A stretch of DNA of 64,000 nucleotides from an uncultured Lachnospiraceae bacterium (GTDB lineage: Bacteria > Bacillota > Clostridia > TANB77 > CAG-508): assembly GCA_964650305.1 (NCBI GenBank), contig CAZYST010000001.1, positions 49,953 to 113,952 on the forward strand. Direction: 5' to 3'. The notes beneath the pieces were generated by a model that saw nothing but the letters and a program-made list of their open reading frames with translations, ran no database searches and was not told where the DNA came from. Of the stretch, positions 19,691-29,479 are shown piece after piece (position 1 is the first letter of the stretch; every line of letters begins with the position of its first letter). A program made the position numbers and the translations under genes.

Positions 19691-20599
19691 TTAATTTTCA
19701 ATCCATCTTAAAATAATTTCATATGCAAAATCTTTATTTATATCATTTAAAACTTCATGTCTTGCATTTTTTATTAGCCTTATTGTTACATTTTTGTTGT
19801 TCTTTTCATATTTTTTGAAAACTTTAATTACACCTTTAGCATTTTCTCCTACCGGATCTTTATCTCCTGAAATAAATAAAATTGGAATATTTAAACTTTT
19901 TGAAATATTTTTTCTTTTTGATACATATTTTATTCCATTTAGTAAATCCTCATATGCTTGTAAAGTAAAATTTCTTAAACATTTATTATCATTTATAAAT
20001 TTACTTACTGCTTTTTCATCATTGCTAATCCAATCTGCAACAGTTTTATTTGGTACAAATTCTTTATTGAAATAATTTAATACAAAATATCTTATAAATT
20101 TACTTTTATATCTTTTGCCCAAAAATAATTTCATAAATTTAAGCATTAATATATATAAATTTAATCCATTTATATAATTAATTGTTCCTGAAAAAATAGC
20201 TTTATCAATTTTGTCTTGATATTTAATAATGTAATTTCTTGCTAAAATTGAACCCATACTATGTCCAAATATAATATGCTTTAAATTAGGAAATTTCTCT
20301 TTTGCATATTTTTGGACAATATGTATATCATCTACAAGATTATCCCATCCATTTTCATCTGAAAAATGTCCATATTCTTCTTCTGATTTTGCAGTATTTC
20401 CATGACCTAAATTATCATGACCTATTACTATATAGCCTTTCTTTGCCAAAAATTCTGCAAATTCTGTATATCTTCCTATATATTCTTGCATTCCATGCAC
20501 TAATTGAATTATACCTTTATATTTATTTAAATCTTCTTTCCAAATTCTACATGAAATTTTTATTCCTGCTGAAGATTCTATTTCAAATTTTTCTTCCAT
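19691..20599 (-). CDS. Alpha/beta hydrolase (lysophospholipase/monoacylglycerol-lipase-like)
   Basis: 302 aa. HG oxyanion box (LVHGMQEY) and nucleophile elbow GHSMGS. Confidence 0.8.
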   Translation of the reverse strand: MEEKFEIESSAGIKISCRIWKEDLNKYKGIIQLVHGMQEYIGRYTEFAEFLAKKGYIVIGHDNLGHGNTAKSEEEYGHFSDENGWDNLVDDIHIVQKYAKEKFPNLKHIIFGHSMGSILARNYIIKYQDKIDKAIFSGTINYINGLNLYILMLKFMKLFLGKRYKSKFIRYFVLNYFNKEFVPNKTVADWISNDEKAVSKFINDNKCLRNFTLQAYEDLLNGIKYVSKRKNISKSLNIPILFISGDKDPVGENAKGVIKVFKKYEKNNKNVTIRLIKNARHEVLNDINKDFAYEIILRWIEN

Positions 20600-20777
20600 A
20601 GTACCTCTTATTTTTTTCTTTGATTATACCACGTCTTTTCACATTTTTCTATAATTTTATACATAATTTAATACTTACACAAAATATTAAATTTTATTAA
20701 AAATAATTATTGTCTTATTGACCTTAATTTTATTTGAATATATAATATTATTATATTTTATAGAAAGGAAAATTTTT

Positions 20778-21938
20778 ATGGAAAATTTTGTATTTCATGC
20801 ACCTACTGAAATTTATTTTGGTAAAAATCAAGTAGAAAACTTGCCAGAAATTTTAAGTAGATTTGGAAAAAATATTCTTCTTGCATATGGCGGAGGAAGT
20901 ATAAAGAAAAACAGAATATATGATAAAGTATGTTCTTTATTAAAAGATTTTAATATATTTGAACTTGAAGGAATAGAACCTAACCCACGAATTGGTACTG
21001 TTAGAAAAGGTATTGAAATTTGTAGACAAAACAAAATTGACGTTATCTTAGCAGTTGGTGGTGGAAGTACTATTGATTGTTCAAAAGTAATAGCAGCAGG
21101 TTTTTATTATGAAAATGATGCTTGGGATCTTGTAAAAGACTCTTCAAAAATTAAAAATGCTTTACCAATTGTTAGTATATTAACAATTGCAGCAACAGGT
21201 TCAGAAATGAATAAAGGAGCAGTTATTTCTAATCCAGAAACTAATGAAAAATTAGGAACTTCTGCAAAAGTTATGGCTCCAAAAGTTTCAATTTTAGATC
21301 CTGAATATACATATACTTTACCTAGAATACAAACAGCTGCAGGAACTGCTGACATAATGTCACATGTTATTGAAAATTACTTTCAAATGACCAACGGAAC
21401 TTTTCTTCAAGACAAATTATGTGAAAGCATTTTGCAAACATGTATTAAATATTGCCCTATCGCTCTTCAAGATTCATCAAATTATGAAGCTCGTAGCAAT
21501 TTAATGTGGGCTTCTAGTTTAGCATTAAATGGTTTATGTGGAAGTGGAAAATCAGGTTCTTGGACTTGTCATCCAATTGAACATGAATTAAGTGCATTTT
21601 ATGATATAACTCATGGAATTGGTCTTGCAATAATAACACCAAACTGGATGAGATATATTCTATCTGATAAAACAGTTGATAAATTCGTTGATTATGCTAT
21701 AAACGTTTGGAATATTGAAAAAACAGAAGATAAATTTGATATGGCAAACAAAGGAATAAACGCTACTGAAAAATTCTTTGCAGATTGTGGTATTCCTATG
21801 AATTTAGGAAAACTTGGAATAGATGATTCTTTATTAGAAAAAATGGCACATGCTGTAATTGAACATAAAGATTTACAAAATGCTTACATTCCTTTAGATG
21901 AACATGATGTTTTAAATATTTTGAAAATGTGTTTATAA
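20778..21938 (+). CDS. Iron-containing alcohol dehydrogenase (butanol dehydrogenase/YqhD-like)
   Basis: MENFVFHAPTEIYFGKNQ..., GGGSTIDCSK, and His-rich metal site HPIEHELS...THG. GGAAA RBS before ATG 20778; the tabulated 20718 start is an upstream extension. Confidence 0.88.
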   Translation: MENFVFHAPTEIYFGKNQVENLPEILSRFGKNILLAYGGGSIKKNRIYDKVCSLLKDFNIFELEGIEPNPRIGTVRKGIEICRQNKIDVILAVGGGSTIDCSKVIAAGFYYENDAWDLVKDSSKIKNALPIVSILTIAATGSEMNKGAVISNPETNEKLGTSAKVMAPKVSILDPEYTYTLPRIQTAAGTADIMSHVIENYFQMTNGTFLQDKLCESILQTCIKYCPIALQDSSNYEARSNLMWASSLALNGLCGSGKSGSWTCHPIEHELSAFYDITHGIGLAIITPNWMRYILSDKTVDKFVDYAINVWNIEKTEDKFDMANKGINATEKFFADCGIPMNLGKLGIDDSLLEKMAHAVIEHKDLQNAYIPLDEHDVLNILKMCL

Positions 21939-21942
21939 TATT

Positions 21943-21983
21943 AAAAATCCCACCTTTGTATATAACAAAGATGGGATTTTTTT
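21943..21983. terminator. Bidirectional terminator between convergent genes
   Basis: 13-bp stem atcccacctttgt/acaaagatgggat (one mismatch), flanked by an A-run and a T-run. Confidence 0.65.
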
Positions 21984-22350
21984 AATCTGTTATTTCTATC
22001 AAAAAATTTTCCAAATCTGCAAATTCATCTGGTGAAGCATCTTTTCCTCTTTTTATTATTTTTTTATTATCACCATAATATATAGTAAGTTTCCAAGAAT
22101 ATTCTTCTTCTGATTTTTCATTAAAATCTAAGCTATAATTGTTTTCCCACTTATCTACATTATATTCTAATATTTTATTTGCAAATTTTGTATATTCTTC
22201 ATTTGTAAGTTCTGAAAAAAAACAAAGTTCATTAATTTTTATATCTGTATCTTCTTTAAAAATTTTATATATTGCTGGTAATTGCCATGAATCCGTTACT
22301 TCTAACTCAAAACAATATGAATTTAATATACTTTCTTTTATATTAACCAT
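21982..22350 (-). CDS. Hypothetical acidic protein
   Basis: 122-aa ORF with coding-like composition. No motif recognised. Confidence 0.45.
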   Translation of the reverse strand: MVNIKESILNSYCFELEVTDSWQLPAIYKIFKEDTDIKINELCFFSELTNEEYTKFANKILEYNVDKWENNYSLDFNEKSEEEYSWKLTIYYGDNKKIIKRGKDASPDEFADLENFLIEITD

Positions 22351-22367
22351 AAAAAATCCTTTCTATA

Positions 22368-22910
22368 TTAATATTTATCTGGTTCTGGATATTCTTCACC
22401 AAAAGTATCTACCGTAACTTTTTTCATAACAGGTGGTTCAACAGGTCTATCTTTTCCACCACCATATGGGCTTCTTGTAATTACTCTTGATTTTACAATT
22501 TTATCAACTACATCCATACCTTCTATTACACTACCAAAAGCTGCATATTTTCCATCTAAAAATTCTGAATCATCTGTTACTATAAAAAATTGTGAACCTG
22601 CACTATTAGGCATTGAGCTCCTTGCCATAGAAATTATTCCTCTAACATGAGAAATATTATTTTCTACACCATTTTCTTTAAATTCCCCTAAAATACCATA
22701 TCCTGGTCCACCCATACCAGTTCCTTCTGGATCTCCGCCTTGTGCCATAAATCCTGGTATTGTTCTATGAAATATTAATCCATTATAAAAATTTTTATTT
22801 ATTAATGAAATAAAATTATTTACTGTTTGAGGTGCTTTTGATGGATATAATTCAAGTTTAATTATTCCTCCATCTTCCATTTCTATTGTTACTATTGGTT
22901 TATTTGACAT
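22368..22910 (-). CDS. ppiB: Cyclophilin-type peptidyl-prolyl cis-trans isomerase
   Basis: FHRTIPGFMAQGGDP and SAGSQFFIV motifs. Confidence 0.92.
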   Translation of the reverse strand: MSNKPIVTIEMEDGGIIKLELYPSKAPQTVNNFISLINKNFYNGLIFHRTIPGFMAQGGDPEGTGMGGPGYGILGEFKENGVENNISHVRGIISMARSSMPNSAGSQFFIVTDDSEFLDGKYAAFGSVIEGMDVVDKIVKSRVITRSPYGGGKDRPVEPPVMKKVTVDTFGEEYPEPDKY

Positions 22911-22922
22911 TTTATATCTCCT

Positions 22923-23273
22923 TTATACTATTTTTAATCCTAAACTTTTTCCACCTATTAAATGAAAATGCAAATGTTTTACTTCTTGACCTGCATCTTC
23001 ACCACAATTGCAAATTAATCTATATCCTGAATCATATACTCTAACTTTTTTTGCAATCTCTCCAATTTTTTCATATATATGTGCTATATACTTACTGTTT
23101 TCTGAATTAATTTCATTTGTGTTTTTAATATGACATTTTGGTATAACAAGTACATGTACTGGTGCAACTGGATTTATATCTTTAAAAGCTAAAATTTCAT
23201 CATCTTCATATACTTTTGAAGATGGTATATCTCCATTTATTATTTTACAAAAAATACAATCATTATCTAACAT
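22923..23273 (-). CDS. HIT family (histidine triad) protein
   Basis: 116 aa. CIFCKI... and HLHFHLIGG histidine triad. Confidence 0.9.
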   Translation of the reverse strand: MLDNDCIFCKIINGDIPSSKVYEDDEILAFKDINPVAPVHVLVIPKCHIKNTNEINSENSKYIAHIYEKIGEIAKKVRVYDSGYRLICNCGEDAGQEVKHLHFHLIGGKSLGLKIV

Positions 23274-23306
23274 ATATTTTCCTCCTTTTCAAGTATATTA
23301 TTTATA

Positions 23307-23912
23307 TCATTTTTTACTCACTATATCAATTACTTTTTTTATATTATTTTTCATTTGCTTTTTTAAATTCAACTTTTTTAAATCATATTCTTCAAAAAGT
23401 ATTTTATAGATATCTTCTATTTCTTTTTCAGAAATATTATTTATTTTAGGTTCTAACCATTCTATAAATTTTATCCATTCTAAACAGCTTTTTTTATTTC
23501 TTTTATATATATTATTGTTTCCATTAAGCCACTTATTTATAGAAATTGGCTTTGCATTTTCTAAAACACATTGACCTGAATTGTAAAAATAATCTTTTTC
23601 TATATTTTCTGGAATTAATGGAAACATCACACATGGCATAGGTTTTACTTTGTGTATCCCACATCCTTTTATTTTTTCATTATATAATATACATTCTTTT
23701 AATTTTCCTTTTGTTTTTAATACAATTTCAGGTTTATCTATTTCTAGCCTATCTGTATATTTTTCTAAAAATTCTTTTATGGAAATATTTAAAAATTTAG
23801 CAATTTCACACACATTTATAGGCGTAAGTCTAATATCTCCCCTATATATACAGCATTTATCGCACATTTTACATGATAATTTATCTTTTGATTTTAATGT
23901 TAAAATATCCAT
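23307..23912 (-). CDS. YkgJ-family cysteine-cluster protein
   Basis: CKMCDKCCIYRG (CxxCxxCC) near the N-terminus. Confidence 0.65.
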   Translation of the reverse strand: MDILTLKSKDKLSCKMCDKCCIYRGDIRLTPINVCEIAKFLNISIKEFLEKYTDRLEIDKPEIVLKTKGKLKECILYNEKIKGCGIHKVKPMPCVMFPLIPENIEKDYFYNSGQCVLENAKPISINKWLNGNNNIYKRNKKSCLEWIKFIEWLEPKINNISEKEIEDIYKILFEEYDLKKLNLKKQMKNNIKKVIDIVSKK

Positions 23913-24020
23913 TTTTTTCCTTTCAAATTATCCTCTTTCCACAATTATATCACTAATTGTAATTAATTAAAAAATATTTATTTTGCCTTTTAATATTTAT
24001 TTTGATATACTAAATGTATT

Positions 24021-24944
24021 ATGGAAAATAAATCAAGATATAATCATTTAAATGAATACTTAAAAAACAAATTTGGAGAAAGAACATTAAAAATTTGTGT
24101 TGATGGAAATTTCACTTGTCCAAATAGAGATGGTACCATCTCACATGGAGGATGTATTTTTTGTAGTGAAAAAGGCTCAGGAGAACATATTAATTTTGAA
24201 GAAAATATCTCTAAACAAATTGAAAATTATTTTAAAAGTTATAAATCTGAAAGAGCAAATAAATTTATTGTATATTTTCAAAATTTTACAAATACATATG
24301 ATACTCTAGAAAATTTAAAAAAGAAATATGATTCTGCGTTAATAGATGATAGAATTGTAGGCATAGACATAGCTACAAGACCAGATTGTATAACAGAAGA
24401 AATTGCAAAACTTATACATAGTTATTCTAAAAATTATTATGTATCTGTTGAACTTGGTTTGCAAACATCAAACGATAAAATTGGAGATCTAATAAATAGA
24501 GGTTATTCTTCTAATCAATTTACAAATGCAGTTAAAATATTAAATAAGTATAATATTGATGTTATTGCACATATTATGATAGGCTTGCCTTGTGAAAATT
24601 TTGAAGACATTAAGAATACAGTTAATTTTATAAATAATCATAATATTAAAGGATTAAAAATTCATTCTACATATGTAGTTAAAAACACTGTTTTAGCTGA
24701 TATGTATAGCAAAAAAGAATATCTTCCCATTTCTTTAGAATATTATTTGGATAATTTATCATATATTTTAACACATATAAATCCAGATATTATTATTCAT
24801 AGAGTGTCTGGAGATGCTCCAAAAGACATACTTTTAGCACCTAAATGGAACCTACATAAAAAATGGATTCTTAATGGATTAGATAAATTAATGAAAGAAA
24901 AAAATTTATGGCAAGGAAAATTTTTTACGTCACCATCTACTTAA
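24021..24944 (+). CDS. Radical SAM protein, TIGR01212/YhcC-like
   Basis: CPNRDGTISHGGCIFCS cluster. 307 aa, a size typical of the family. Confidence 0.75.
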   Translation: MENKSRYNHLNEYLKNKFGERTLKICVDGNFTCPNRDGTISHGGCIFCSEKGSGEHINFEENISKQIENYFKSYKSERANKFIVYFQNFTNTYDTLENLKKKYDSALIDDRIVGIDIATRPDCITEEIAKLIHSYSKNYYVSVELGLQTSNDKIGDLINRGYSSNQFTNAVKILNKYNIDVIAHIMIGLPCENFEDIKNTVNFINNHNIKGLKIHSTYVVKNTVLADMYSKKEYLPISLEYYLDNLSYILTHINPDIIIHRVSGDAPKDILLAPKWNLHKKWILNGLDKLMKEKNLWQGKFFTSPST

Positions 24945-24949
24945 ATAAA

Positions 24950-24989
24950 AGAAAAATCCACAAATAAATATTAATTTGTGGATTTTTCT
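24950..24989. terminator. Bidirectional terminator
   Basis: Perfect 10-bp stem atccacaaat/atttgtggat (24956-24983), flanked by A- and T-runs. Lies between convergent genes. Confidence 0.7.
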
Positions 24990-24990
24990 T

Positions 24991-27900
24991 TTATTTAAAA
25001 TTTTTAATTAATTCTTCTTCATCAATTTCTTTATTAACTAATAAATATTCTACAACTTTATCAACTTTTTTCATATTGTTTTTAATTAAGTCTAATGTTT
25101 CATCATAACATTGCTTTAATATTTTATTCATTTCTTCTTGAACTTTTTCTGTTAAATAATTGTCAGGATTTATAATTTGTCCTAATCCTAGGTCTGACAT
25201 ACCATATTTTGTAATCATATTTTTGGCTATATAGCTAGCATGTTCTAAATCAGAAGTATTTCCATTTTCAAATTCACCAAAGTATAATTGTTCAGCTGCC
25301 ATACCACCTAATGATACTTTGATATTATTAAGTAAAGTAGTTTTTGAAGATGTATAACTTGTATTTCCACTATGTCTCACATATCCTAAAGTACCCGTAC
25401 CTTCAGGATTTATTGTTATTTTCTTTATTCCTGGCTCTTTAAATAATAATAATCTTATACAAGCATGACCAATTTCATGTACAGCCGTTTTCTTTAAATC
25501 CTCTTCTGTTATTTTTTCTACATCTATCATTCCTTTTCCAGCAAATATCACAGATGTCATTTCCTTTATAGTTGGAATATCTTCTTTTTGAATATTTCCA
25601 ATCTTTTTGTTTTCATTTTTAGCATGTTTCATTAATATTTCTTGTAATACTTTATCTACAAATCTACCATTTCCAATATTTTCAACATTTGCAAAATATT
25701 TCATAATCTTTTCTACATTTTCTTTTGAATCTTCTGTTATTGACATTCCAGCTTTATAAATTTTTTTATATAAAATTTCTGCAAGCTCTTTATCTGTGTA
25801 GTCTTGAAAATCAAAAGTATATCCTATTCTTGATGCTATTCCAGAATTCATAGCAATAAAATCTTTCATTTCTTTTTTATATCCAGCAAAAATTACTATA
25901 AATTCGCCTTTATGATCTTCCATTGCCTTTATTAATGTAGTTATTGCTTCTGAACCAAAATCATTTTTGTTTCCTGCTAAGGCATATGCTTCATCTATGA
26001 AAAGTACTCCACCCATAGCACGGTTAATAACTTCTGATGTTTTCTTTGCAGTTTGACCAATATATTCTGCAACTAAATCTTTTCTTTCTACTTCTATTAA
26101 TTTATTTTCATGAACAATACCTAAATCTCTTAACATTTTTGCCATAATTCTCGCTATTGTTGTTTTTCCAGTTCCTGGATTTCCAGTAAATATCATATGC
26201 ATATTTTGATTTGGAATGTTTAATTTATGCTTTTCTGCCTCTTTTAAAAATTCCATATATTGTTCAAATTCAATAACTTTTCTTTTTAAATCTTCCATTC
26301 CAACTATATCTTTTAATAATTCTTTTGTATCTTTTATTTCTGCATCATTTCTTGCATTATTTAAATCTTCTATTTCTGGAATGTCTTCTTTTGTTATTAA
26401 TCTTATATTTTCGCTATTTAGTTTTGAATGTTTCATTATTACTTCTTGTATTAATTTATCTACAAATCTACCATTTCCAAAATCTTTTCTTTTTGAAAAA
26501 TATTTGCATATATTATTTAATTTTAAGTCTACTGATTTATCTATTTCAAATCCCATATTATTCATTTTTTTATAGAAAATTTGTATTAATTCATTTGGAG
26601 TATAATCTGGGAAGTCAAAAGTATATCCTATTCTTGATCCTATACCTGGATTGCTATCTATAAATGTTTGCATTTCATTTCTATAACCTGCAAAAATAAC
26701 AACTAAATTATCTTTGTGATCTTCCATAGCTTTTATTAATGTTGCTATCGCTTCTGAACCAAAATCTCTTTCACCTTTTCCAGCAAGTTCATATGCTTCA
26801 TCTATGAACAAAACTCCGCCCATAGCTTTTTCTATTACTTCTGCAGTTTTAGTAGCTGTTTGCCCTATATAATTTGCAATTAAATCTTTTCTTTCTACTT
26901 CTATCAATTTATTTTCTTTTATGATACCTAAATCAAATAGCATCTTAGCCATAATTCTCGCTATTGTTGTTTTACCAGTTCCTGGATTTCCAGTAAATAT
27001 CATATGCATATTTGTACTATTTAAAGTAATTCCTTCTGATTTTGCTTTCATCTGAAATAACATATATTTTTCAAATTCAGCTACTCTCTCTTTTACAATT
27101 TTCATTCCAATAATATTTTTTAAGCTTTCTTCAATAGTTTCTTTTTTATATATATTTTCTGGAAATGTAATCTTTTTCTTAGAATTACTATATATAGCCA
27201 AATAATTTGCAAGTTCTATATCAGAAAGTGGTATAAAATTTTTGTTTAAACTTATATACTCTATAAATTGTTTTTTATATTTTTCATAATCTTTTCTTGC
27301 AATTTCTAATAAATCTGGTTTTAAAGTTTTAATATATGCTTTATATATTTCATCTATAGAAGGATCTGGTAATATTAATCTTGAGTTTTTATAAATAAAT
27401 TGTAATCTAGGTTCTATTTCTAACAAATTTTCAATTTCTTCTTTCGTTCCATTTATAATAATATAATTGTTTTTATTAATTTTAGTTAATAATTCAAAAG
27501 TATGTTCAAATTGTTTTTTTCTAATTTCAACTGTACCACCTAAAACAGTATTGTTTTTGTATTTTTTATAATCTTCATAAAATTCTTCTATACCATCTAC
27601 TACATATAAAACTTTTTCTTCAAGTTCTGTATATTTTACAGCACTTTCTACTTGATAAAGTACATTATTAATATCTGTTACTTTAGAATTACTTTTATTA
27701 GTATAACTATATGCATTCGAAGCAGCTAAATTCAGTAGTGATATTCTTTCATATTCTTCTTTATTTGTTTTTCCAAGTTTATATAATAAACTTGATATTT
27801 CTGATACAAATTTATTCTTTCCAATATTATCATTTCCTTCTATTGTACAATGTAAATTTGTTTGATTTGGATTTAAAAGTATGTCTGTAAAATCTTTAAA

Positions 27901-29346
27901 ATTGATTATTTTTTCATCATATTCTTTTTTTAAATTTTCTAAATAATCATTTTTTTGATTTTCCATTTTTTCAATCTTATCAGATTTTATTTTTTCATTT
28001 TCTAAATCAATTTCTTCTTTATTTTCTAAATAATATTTTCTATCAGCTATAATTAAATCTTCTCTTCCTACTGTTTTTAGATATTGAATATATCCAGCAA
28101 CTAAAATTGGACACGAATTTAATCTACATGAAAAAGTATCACAAAGACCTATTTTACAATTTGTATTTCTTTTAATTGATACCCAATCTGAAAATTTTCT
28201 ATCATATTTAAGAATTTCTTCTGTTTCATATAATGTATATTCTGAACATTTTATTGCAGTTAAAATTTTAACTTTTCCATTATCTGTTAGACAACGATCA
28301 ACATATATACACTCTTTATCAACCAATTTTTCAGCAAATTCAAATATGTTTTGAGGTATTTTTTTTAGCCCATCCTCTACATTCCATACAAATGCATATT
28401 TATCATTTATATTTAATTTATCTTTTCTAAATTTTTCTCTTTCTTGTAATTTTTCTTTTAATTTTCCTGTATTTCTTAAATATAATATATATCCTGCAAT
28501 GTGCTTTGGACATTTTTCATATTCACATTTATAACAAAGTTTTTCTATAGATTTATCTTTATTAGCAGTAAAATCACTTTTTGAATCAGTAAATATCTTA
28601 TTTCCTTTTGATTTTAAAATATCTAATAATTCATTTGTAGTAAAACTTTCATCACACAAGTTTCTTACATTCGTGCTTACACATATTTTTTCTGTTTTTG
28701 CATCTTTTAGTATTTTTAGACTAAAATTACCTTTTTCTAGTAGCTTATATGCCAGTTCTAAACTTTTATCTGATATGTATTTTAATTCATTTGTTTGTTT
28801 CCATTCAAAATCATAATTTTTTTCTTCTGATCCTTTTGGAAAAATATATGGATTAAATTTTTCTGTATATTCATATCCGTAAATAATATTTAATTCTTCT
28901 GTTACTTCATTAATAAGTATATTTTCATATTCGTATATACTATCTGTCAATTTTTCAATATTTTCTTTATATTCAAGTGTATCTAAATCTATTCTTTTAA
29001 AATTTTGTGCAAAATAAAAAATTTTTACAAAAGCTTGTAATACATTTTCAAATTTAGAATCCGTATAATTTACAATTTCAGTATCATTAATTATTATTTT
29101 ATTTTCTTCTGCTATATATTGACTTAGTGTATATTCTTTTAAATCATATTCTCCCCAAGTAGCAAGTTCTAAAATATTATCGTTTTTTTCAAAAATTGGA
29201 AACAATGCTTTTAAATTATCATTATCCGTTAAAAATTTAGGAAAAAAAATACAATATTCTTTATCAGCGCTATTTTTCTTTTTCCAGTTGTTTAATATTG
29301 CCTCTAATAAAGTTATTGCATTTTTAATATCTTTTTCTTTATCCAT
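24991..29346 (-). CDS. 1451-aa soluble multidomain protein: two Cys-cluster (SWIM-like) modules, one degenerate and two intact SpoVK/CbbX-type AAA+ modules, and a C-terminal FtsH-type M41 zinc protease
   Basis: CYKCEYEKCPKHIAGYILYL and CDTFSCRLNSCPILVAGYIQYL. Degenerate P-loop GNDNIGKN. GNPGTGKTT with VLFIDEAY occurs twice. HEIGHA...LGGMAAEQLYFGE...TSDLEHAS. No TM segment is evident. Confidence 0.8.
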   Translation of the reverse strand: MDKEKDIKNAITLLEAILNNWKKKNSADKEYCIFFPKFLTDNDNLKALFPIFEKNDNILELATWGEYDLKEYTLSQYIAEENKIIINDTEIVNYTDSKFENVLQAFVKIFYFAQNFKRIDLDTLEYKENIEKLTDSIYEYENILINEVTEELNIIYGYEYTEKFNPYIFPKGSEEKNYDFEWKQTNELKYISDKSLELAYKLLEKGNFSLKILKDAKTEKICVSTNVRNLCDESFTTNELLDILKSKGNKIFTDSKSDFTANKDKSIEKLCYKCEYEKCPKHIAGYILYLRNTGKLKEKLQEREKFRKDKLNINDKYAFVWNVEDGLKKIPQNIFEFAEKLVDKECIYVDRCLTDNGKVKILTAIKCSEYTLYETEEILKYDRKFSDWVSIKRNTNCKIGLCDTFSCRLNSCPILVAGYIQYLKTVGREDLIIADRKYYLENKEEIDLENEKIKSDKIEKMENQKNDYLENLKKEYDEKIINFKDFTDILLNPNQTNLHCTIEGNDNIGKNKFVSEISSLLYKLGKTNKEEYERISLLNLAASNAYSYTNKSNSKVTDINNVLYQVESAVKYTELEEKVLYVVDGIEEFYEDYKKYKNNTVLGGTVEIRKKQFEHTFELLTKINKNNYIIINGTKEEIENLLEIEPRLQFIYKNSRLILPDPSIDEIYKAYIKTLKPDLLEIARKDYEKYKKQFIEYISLNKNFIPLSDIELANYLAIYSNSKKKITFPENIYKKETIEESLKNIIGMKIVKERVAEFEKYMLFQMKAKSEGITLNSTNMHMIFTGNPGTGKTTIARIMAKMLFDLGIIKENKLIEVERKDLIANYIGQTATKTAEVIEKAMGGVLFIDEAYELAGKGERDFGSEAIATLIKAMEDHKDNLVVIFAGYRNEMQTFIDSNPGIGSRIGYTFDFPDYTPNELIQIFYKKMNNMGFEIDKSVDLKLNNICKYFSKRKDFGNGRFVDKLIQEVIMKHSKLNSENIRLITKEDIPEIEDLNNARNDAEIKDTKELLKDIVGMEDLKRKVIEFEQYMEFLKEAEKHKLNIPNQNMHMIFTGNPGTGKTTIARIMAKMLRDLGIVHENKLIEVERKDLVAEYIGQTAKKTSEVINRAMGGVLFIDEAYALAGNKNDFGSEAITTLIKAMEDHKGEFIVIFAGYKKEMKDFIAMNSGIASRIGYTFDFQDYTDKELAEILYKKIYKAGMSITEDSKENVEKIMKYFANVENIGNGRFVDKVLQEILMKHAKNENKKIGNIQKEDIPTIKEMTSVIFAGKGMIDVEKITEEDLKKTAVHEIGHACIRLLLFKEPGIKKITINPEGTGTLGYVRHSGNTSYTSSKTTLLNNIKVSLGGMAAEQLYFGEFENGNTSDLEHASYIAKNMITKYGMSDLGLGQIINPDNYLTEKVQEEMNKILKQCYDETLDLIKNNMKKVDKVVEYLLVNKEIDEEELIKNFK

Positions 29347-29422
29347 ATTTTATCTCCCACAAATTCTTTTGTATTAATATATAACTTATGTATTTTTATC
29401 TATATATATTTTAACATTACTA

Positions 29423-29471
29423 AATAAAAAAGCAAACTAAATATAAATATATTTTACATATAGTTTGCTTT
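29423..29471 (-). terminator. Terminator after clpB
   Basis: 9-bp stem agcaaacta/tagtttgct with a large loop. T-run follows on the minus strand. Confidence 0.5.
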
Positions 29472-29479
29472 TCATAAAA

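Noticed and set aside
20718-20777. Upstream extension of the alcohol dehydrogenase ORF
   Set aside because: The start at 20718 is not ATG and has no RBS. ATG 20778 has an RBS and matches the usual N-terminus of Fe-ADH proteins.
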